NCBI GenBank assembly: GCA_046484775.1
Contig: JAWOIG010000007.1
Coordinates: forward strand, 1 to 52,475
Length of the DNA: 52,475 nt
Source: Clostridia bacterium
GTDB taxonomy: Bacteria; Bacillota; Clostridia; DUPQ01
Direction: 5' to 3'
In this document: positions 47,438-52,475 of the stretch, one piece after another
Position numbering within the stretch: position 1 is the first letter of the stretch
Layout: the number at the start of each line of letters is the position of its first letter
Program-made: the position numbers and the translations under genes
Notes under the pieces: model-generated
Told to the model about the DNA's origin: nothing
The model's database searches: none
The model's input: the letters and a program-made list of their open reading frames with translations, nothing else

Positions 47438-47446
47438 ATTCTTCTC

Positions 47447-48331
47447 CTATACCAAACCAAGATTTTTCATTTCAAAAAACAGCTTTTCGCTGTGCCCGTC
47501 GCTCATTTCCACAAGTGGAAGCCTTACGTCTCCGGTTGCCATTCCCATGAACATCAGGGCTTTTTTTATGGGTATCGGATTTGTTTCCAGCCCCAGTGCC
47601 TTAATCAATGGGTATATTGCGTAAAACTCGTTCATGGCTGAAGCTGTATTTCCGTTAAGATATGATGCTGTTATGCGATGTGCCCTGTTTGGTATTATAT
47701 TGGACATTACCGAGATCAGACCCCTGGCTCCGAGAGCCAGGAATTGAAGGACCTCATCGTCGCAACCCGAATAAATCGAAAAATCGTCAGGCGTATTCAT
47801 GATTACATCCGCGGTCTGGAAAACATTGCATTCCTTGACCCCGACGATGTTTGGCAATCCGGACAGTTCGATGATTGTGGGAGCATCTATATTGACGACG
47901 GTTCTCGCGGGGACATTATAAAGTATGATCGGCAAACCGACACTTTCGGAGATGGCGGTGAAATGAGCTATCAGACCGCGTTGTGTTGATTTGTTGTAAT
48001 AGGGAGCGACTGAAAGCAATGCGTCCGCACCTGCTTTTTCGGCAAGGCGGCTCAGTTCTATAGCATGGGCAGTGTCATTGCTGCCGGTGTTTGCGATAAC
48101 CGGCACACGGCGATTGGTTTTTTCGATTCCAAACCGAATCACAGACATATGCTCTTTGTCAGGCATCGTTGACGACTCGCCTGTCGTCCCGCAAAACAGA
48201 AGGGCTTTGATTCCCCCTTCAATCTGAAAGTCAATCATCCTGCCGAGTGCTTCGTAATCAACGGCACCGTTCCTGAATGGAGTGGCGACGGCGGTAGCCG
48301 AACCTTCGAAAACAATTCTCTTGTTACTCAT
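47447..48331 (-). CDS. dapA: 4-hydroxy-tetrahydrodipicolinate synthase
   Basis: TAVATPF, GTTGESSTM, YNVP, and the active-site GVKE lysine. The ATG at 48331 lies 9 nt after AGGAG. Confidence 0.93.
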   Translation of the reverse strand: MSNKRIVFEGSATAVATPFRNGAVDYEALGRMIDFQIEGGIKALLFCGTTGESSTMPDKEHMSVIRFGIEKTNRRVPVIANTGSNDTAHAIELSRLAEKAGADALLSVAPYYNKSTQRGLIAHFTAISESVGLPIILYNVPARTVVNIDAPTIIELSGLPNIVGVKECNVFQTADVIMNTPDDFSIYSGCDDEVLQFLALGARGLISVMSNIIPNRAHRITASYLNGNTASAMNEFYAIYPLIKALGLETNPIPIKKALMFMGMATGDVRLPLVEMSDGHSEKLFFEMKNLGLV

Positions 48332-48343
48332 ATAAAACAACTC

Positions 48344-49345
48344 CTATGATTCTTCCCATATTTTGATTAATTCCCGGGCTATCTGAACGGCATTCGTGGC
48401 AGCCCCCTTTCTTATGTTGTCAGAAACCACCCACATATTAAGACCGCTGTCGACACTTTCATCCCTTCGGATCCTGCCGACAAAAGTATCGTCTTTCCCG
48501 GCTGCATTCCTGGCAAGAGGATACAGATTTGACTTAGGGTCGTCCTGCACGGTAATACCAGGTGAATTACGGAGTATTTCCCGGAGCTCATCGACATCGA
48601 ACTGTTTCTCAAGCTCTACGTTTATGGACTCGCTGTGGCTGTAATACACGGGAACACGCACGGTCGTGGCGGTTATCCTAAGATGCGGCGCATGCATTAT
48701 CTTCCGGGTTTCGTTTACCATCTTCATTTCTTCCTTGGTATATCCATTGTCAAGAAAAGCATCTATATGCGGGATGCAATTTCCTGCTATCGGATGAGGC
48801 ATAAGCTTCGCCGGATTGCCTTCCAAAGTATTGGTGAGTTCGTCGCATCCGCTTTTGCCTGCCCCGGAAACAGACTGATATGTTGAATATACGATTCTTT
48901 TTATGCCATATGCATCATATATTGGCTTCAAGGCGACGACGGCCTGTATGGTAGAGCAATTCGGATTTGCTATTATTCCGTTGTGAAGGCGAATGTCCTC
49001 GGGATTTACTTCAGGCACCACCAGGGGGACATCGGGATCCATCCTCCATGCACTGCTGTTGTCTATTACTACGGCGCCTTTGCCCACAGCCAGCGGCGCA
49101 TATTCCCTGCTGAGGGAGCCGCCCGCCGAAAACAAGGCTATGTCTATGTCCCTGTCAAAGGAGGAAGTTGTAAGCTCCTCAACTGTATATTCGCCTCCCA
49201 TGAAGGATATCTTTTGCCCGGCAGACCTTGCAGAGGCAAAGAAGTGGATATTGCCTACGGGAAGACCCTGTTCTTCAATTACGGTTATGAAAGTCCTTCC
49301 GACCATACCCGTGGCGCCGACAATGGCAAAATTATATTTTTTCAT
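48344..49345 (-). CDS. asd: Aspartate-semialdehyde dehydrogenase
   Basis: AIVGATGMVG, active-site NCSTIQ, and SGAG. GGAGGG lies 5 nt upstream. Confidence 0.95.
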   Translation of the reverse strand: MKKYNFAIVGATGMVGRTFITVIEEQGLPVGNIHFFASARSAGQKISFMGGEYTVEELTTSSFDRDIDIALFSAGGSLSREYAPLAVGKGAVVIDNSSAWRMDPDVPLVVPEVNPEDIRLHNGIIANPNCSTIQAVVALKPIYDAYGIKRIVYSTYQSVSGAGKSGCDELTNTLEGNPAKLMPHPIAGNCIPHIDAFLDNGYTKEEMKMVNETRKIMHAPHLRITATTVRVPVYYSHSESINVELEKQFDVDELREILRNSPGITVQDDPKSNLYPLARNAAGKDDTFVGRIRRDESVDSGLNMWVVSDNIRKGAATNAVQIARELIKIWEES

Positions 49346-49375
49346 TCATTCCCTCCATGCATTCCCATTATATAT

Positions 49376-49580
49376 AAAAAAATAAAACCGGTACAGGGTA
49401 CCGGCAAATAAAAATCCGCGATAGCCCTCCATCATTACATGATGACAGTCGCAGGGCTGTTAACCCGGCAACCAGACAGACACGTCAGGCTGTGCCCACC
49501 TTCGGCGGTTTCTCCTTTTGCCATGCCTATGAAATCCTGCTTTCTTAACATGGTTACTTATAAAACCCGCGCCTCTACCA
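49376..49580 (-). promoter_or_regulatory. Lysine riboswitch (L-box) with intrinsic terminator, controlling asd-dapA-dapB
   Basis: The minus strand reads GGTAGAGGCGCG...GGAGAAACCGCCGAAGG...ACTGTCA...TGGAGGGCTATC. This is followed by a CCGGTAC/GTACCGG hairpin (49388-49404) and TTTTATTTTTT. Confidence 0.85.
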
Positions 49581-49631
49581 ATCAATCTTCACTTTTAAAT
49601 TTAAACATTAGGTATGATTTAAATTTAGTCG

Positions 49632-49660
49632 ATTATAACAAATATCAAGTATCTATGCAA
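49632..49660 (-). promoter_or_regulatory. Promoter of the L-box/asd operon
   Basis: On the minus strand: TTGCAT (49660-49655), 17-nt spacer, TATAAT (49637-49632). Confidence 0.55.
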
Positions 49661-49876
49661 CACAATATATTTAAAATTGAATGGAGCAACCGATGGAATT
49701 CTTAGTGTAAAGAGTTCTGGGAATCAAATATATTTTTTTGGTAATTGCTTGCCTGCAAGTTTGTCCGATGCTCCAAAATGAACCTAATGAGAATTGGACC
49801 TGGCCGTCTGCCGGGGAATCACATTTGGCTTTTCAGCCACAGATATTTTGAAGATAAAAAGTTAAACCATAAACAA

Positions 49877-49904
49877 TTGACAAAAAACTAATTCAAGTTA
49901 TAAA
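49877..49904 (+). promoter_or_regulatory. Possible promoter of the URO-D gene pair
   Basis: TTGACA (49877-49882), 16-nt spacer, TATAAA (49899-49904). Confidence 0.45.
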
Positions 49905-49954
49905 ATCATAATGTAAGTTAAACGTTAAACAAAGAGTCAAAGGGGGTTGTTTTT

Positions 49955-51055
49955 ATGAATTCAAGGGAAAGAGTATTAAGAGCATTTAAAGTCAAGGAAG
50001 GTATGCCGGATAGGATTCCTATTCAGTTTGATTTGTGCCGACAGCTTCAGGATCATTTTGCAATAGAACTCGGGATTGAGTCTGTATATACAAACAACAT
50101 TTATGAAGATGTGACATATCGTATCAGTGGCAATGAGATACGACTTGCAATGGGCAGTGATGTCGTCATTGTCGGACCAAGTGAAAGCAAAGATTTTGCA
50201 ACGGGAAAACACGATGACGGAACATGGCTGAATGAGTATCATATGCTTATGAAACAAGGCGATATATATGTTGAGGTTGTAAAGTATCCACTTGCTGATG
50301 CCACTACAAAAGAAGATATCGATGCATATGAGTGGATGAATCCGAGTGACCCTTCGCGTTTTATTGATGTTGAGAAGTATGTTGAAAAGTATAAAGATGA
50401 TTATGTTGTAATAGGTGACATTGAACTGACGATTTTTTCTCTGGCACAGCAGCTTGTAGGTATGGAGAAAGTTCTGCTTGATATGGCAATGGAAGAGGAG
50501 TACCTCGAATACCTCTTTGAAAAATGTGCGGATTTTCATACTAAACTTGGCCTTGAGCTAATAAAGCGAGGGGTAGACGCAATCTGGATTGGCGATGACT
50601 TTGGATCTCAGACAAACCTGCTGTTTTCACCACAGATGTTTAGAGACAAACTGAAGCCGTACTATAAAAAAATGCTGGATGCCTTTAAAGCGGAAAATCC
50701 GGATATTATATGCATATTGCATTGCGATGGTGCTGTCAGCAAGCTTCTTGATGACATTCATGAAGTTGGCTTTACAGTATTTAATCCGGTTCAACCCGGT
50801 GTGACCGGACACTCGGCAAAGGAGATAAAAGAAGGTTTCGGAGACAAGTTTGCTTTCTGGGGTGCAATTGACCAACAATATCTTCTCCCCAAAGGCAGCG
50901 ATGTTGAAGTTGAAACAGATATTAAAGAAAAGTGTGAGGTGCTTGGTGCGGGTGGCGGCTATATGGTTTCTCCGGCACACATCATGCAGTCGGATATCTC
51001 TCCCGAACGGGTTAAACTTTTTATTGAGTTATGTAAAAAATATGCTGCGTATTAA
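49955..51055 (+). CDS. URO-D family protein (paralogue 2)
   Basis: MNSRERVLRAFKVKEGMPDRIPIQF N-terminus and C-terminal GGGYMVSPAH. AGGGGG lies upstream. The gene is visibly more AT-rich than the surrounding genes. Confidence 0.65.
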   Translation: MNSRERVLRAFKVKEGMPDRIPIQFDLCRQLQDHFAIELGIESVYTNNIYEDVTYRISGNEIRLAMGSDVVIVGPSESKDFATGKHDDGTWLNEYHMLMKQGDIYVEVVKYPLADATTKEDIDAYEWMNPSDPSRFIDVEKYVEKYKDDYVVIGDIELTIFSLAQQLVGMEKVLLDMAMEEEYLEYLFEKCADFHTKLGLELIKRGVDAIWIGDDFGSQTNLLFSPQMFRDKLKPYYKKMLDAFKAENPDIICILHCDGAVSKLLDDIHEVGFTVFNPVQPGVTGHSAKEIKEGFGDKFAFWGAIDQQYLLPKGSDVEVETDIKEKCEVLGAGGGYMVSPAHIMQSDISPERVKLFIELCKKYAAY

Positions 51056-51185
51056 AATTTAACGTTATCCGGAGTTATAGGATGAAACTTTGGGGGTTCC
51101 GATATATGGATGATGATTTCTGGTTGAATTTATTTCCGGTAAGTCCGGATTAGTATATTTACCAATTGGTTAAGGGGGATTAATT

Positions 51186-52313
51186 ATGAATGAACGAGAA
51201 AGATTTTTAAACACCATGCGTTTTAAACCGGTGGACAGAGTACCGATGTGGCCTCCTATTGCTGTATGGGATTCAACCTGGAAGAGATGGGAAGGCGAAG
51301 GTTACACCACTATGACCAGTGAGCTTGTCGGTGAGCACGGAGGTGCCGGATTCTTAAGCTTTTGGGATTTCTTTGGTTGTGACCGACAGGATGAAGTAGG
51401 GATATATTATGGATTCTGTCCGGGATTTGAATATAAAGTCATTGAAGATGATGGTCGCAAAATCACATTTCGAAACCACGAAGGCATTATAATGAGTGAA
51501 CTAAAGGAAGGCAGAGAAACATCAATGCCTCATTGGCTCGATTTTCCCATAAAAACAAAGGAGGATTTCAGAAAGAATTTATACCGATGGGAACTTAACT
51601 TTGATGAACGCTTTCCCGGGAATTGGAATGATAAATGCAAGCTTTGGAAAGACAGAAAAGTGCCTTTGAGGATGTGGGCGGACAGAGAAGGCGGTTTTTA
51701 CGGCCCTCTCAGAAATCTGTTCGGTGTAGAGCTGCTTTCTTATTTGTTTTTTGATGATATAGCTTTTATTGAAGAAGTCCTCGATGCAAAAGTTGAAGCC
51801 ATGATAAGAATAATCGATCGGGTTTGGGATGGTGTTCAATTTGATTATTTTGTATTTTGGGAAGATATGTGTTTTAAAAACGGACCCTTGATTTCCCCTG
51901 AATTATTTGATAAATATTTGGTTCCCAGATATAAAAAAGTTACGGATTTTCTTAGAAAGAAGGGTTGTGACATCATTATCGTGGACAGTGACGGAGATGT
52001 TACAAAATTGGTTCCCCTTTGGCTCAAGGCCGGGGTAAACGGTATATTGCCATTTGAAGTCCAGGCTGGAATGGATGTTAATTATTTCAGAGCGGAGTAT
52101 GGTAAGGATCTGATTATCATGGGCGGCATTGACAAGCGTGCCTTGATTACCGGACCAAAGGACATTGATGCTGAGTTAAGACGCATTGCACCCATGATTG
52201 AACAAGGGGGGTATATACCCTGGTTGGATCATAGTGTTCCGCCTGATGTCAGCTTTGACAATTTTTTGTATTATATGGATAAGCTGGAAAAATTGATTGA
52301 CGGAAAATTTTGA
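51186..52313 (+). CDS. URO-D family protein (paralogue 3)
   Basis: MNERERFLNTMRFKPVDRVPMW N-terminus and C-terminal GGYIPWLDHSVPPDV. AAGGGGG lies upstream. Confidence 0.65.
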   Translation: MNERERFLNTMRFKPVDRVPMWPPIAVWDSTWKRWEGEGYTTMTSELVGEHGGAGFLSFWDFFGCDRQDEVGIYYGFCPGFEYKVIEDDGRKITFRNHEGIIMSELKEGRETSMPHWLDFPIKTKEDFRKNLYRWELNFDERFPGNWNDKCKLWKDRKVPLRMWADREGGFYGPLRNLFGVELLSYLFFDDIAFIEEVLDAKVEAMIRIIDRVWDGVQFDYFVFWEDMCFKNGPLISPELFDKYLVPRYKKVTDFLRKKGCDIIIVDSDGDVTKLVPLWLKAGVNGILPFEVQAGMDVNYFRAEYGKDLIIMGGIDKRALITGPKDIDAELRRIAPMIEQGGYIPWLDHSVPPDVSFDNFLYYMDKLEKLIDGKF

Positions 52314-52362
52314 TATAGCATTTGTTTAACGAATTTTGCTGAACATAATTTATTTTAGTGGC

Positions 52363-52475
52363 GTGGAAGTTTCTACCAACGATGGTGATTCCTGGAGCGC
52401 GGCCACCAACACCGGCACCAATTTCTCCACCTGGGCGTATCTATGGGATAACCCTACTCCTGCCGGCAGCCATAC
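52363..52475 (+). other. Window-edge coding-like fragment; strand and frame are unresolved
   Basis: Composition jumps from AT-rich to GC-rich at about 52360. The plus frame reads EVSTNDGDSWSAATNTGTNFSTWAYLWDNPTPAGSH (Asp-box-like SxxDGxxW) but has no convincing start. A minus-strand frame is also open and ends in TAA at about 52353. Confidence 0.25.

Noticed and set aside
49594-49627. AT-rich palindrome AAATTTAAA...TTTAAATTT as a mobile-element end or att site bounding the AT-rich segment
   Set aside because: It lies within the transcribed leader between the asd-operon promoter and the L-box. No matching repeat is seen at the other boundary (about 52360), and there is no integrase or transposase.

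Overview
This window is mostly a core-genome stretch of a Clostridia-type Firmicute, judged from gene content, AGGAGG ribosome-binding sites and operon order. About 50 well-supported CDSs sit in classic housekeeping blocks: rho-rpmE-DUF1385-prmC, infC-rpmI-rplT behind an L20-type leader, ftsQ-ftsZ-nrdR, asnS, maf-radC-mreBCD-PBP2, and an L-box-controlled asd-dapA-dapB operon. There are also two tRNAs (Leu-GAG, Ala-GGC), signalling proteins and a tightly coupled NDP-sugar operon. I see no transposase, integrase, cas gene, restriction or toxin module, and no convincing multi-gene defence system. The least explained material is non-coding. (1) A family of imperfect-palindrome repeats occurs at two loci (1-320 and 26665-27079), partly in a CRISPR-like ~70-nt phase, with hairpin-preserving variation. 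(2) A 259-bp highly structured element is duplicated in tandem between dapB and a TPR gene (46105-46622). Among the proteins, four things stand out: an unrecognisable 456-aa protein heading the sugar-activation operon, a membrane protein with a sortase-like domain lacking the catalytic Cys, three URO-D-family paralogues (two in an AT-rich segment), and an orphan ANTAR regulator with a degenerate receiver. All functions are inferred by eye from motifs, and no database search was run.
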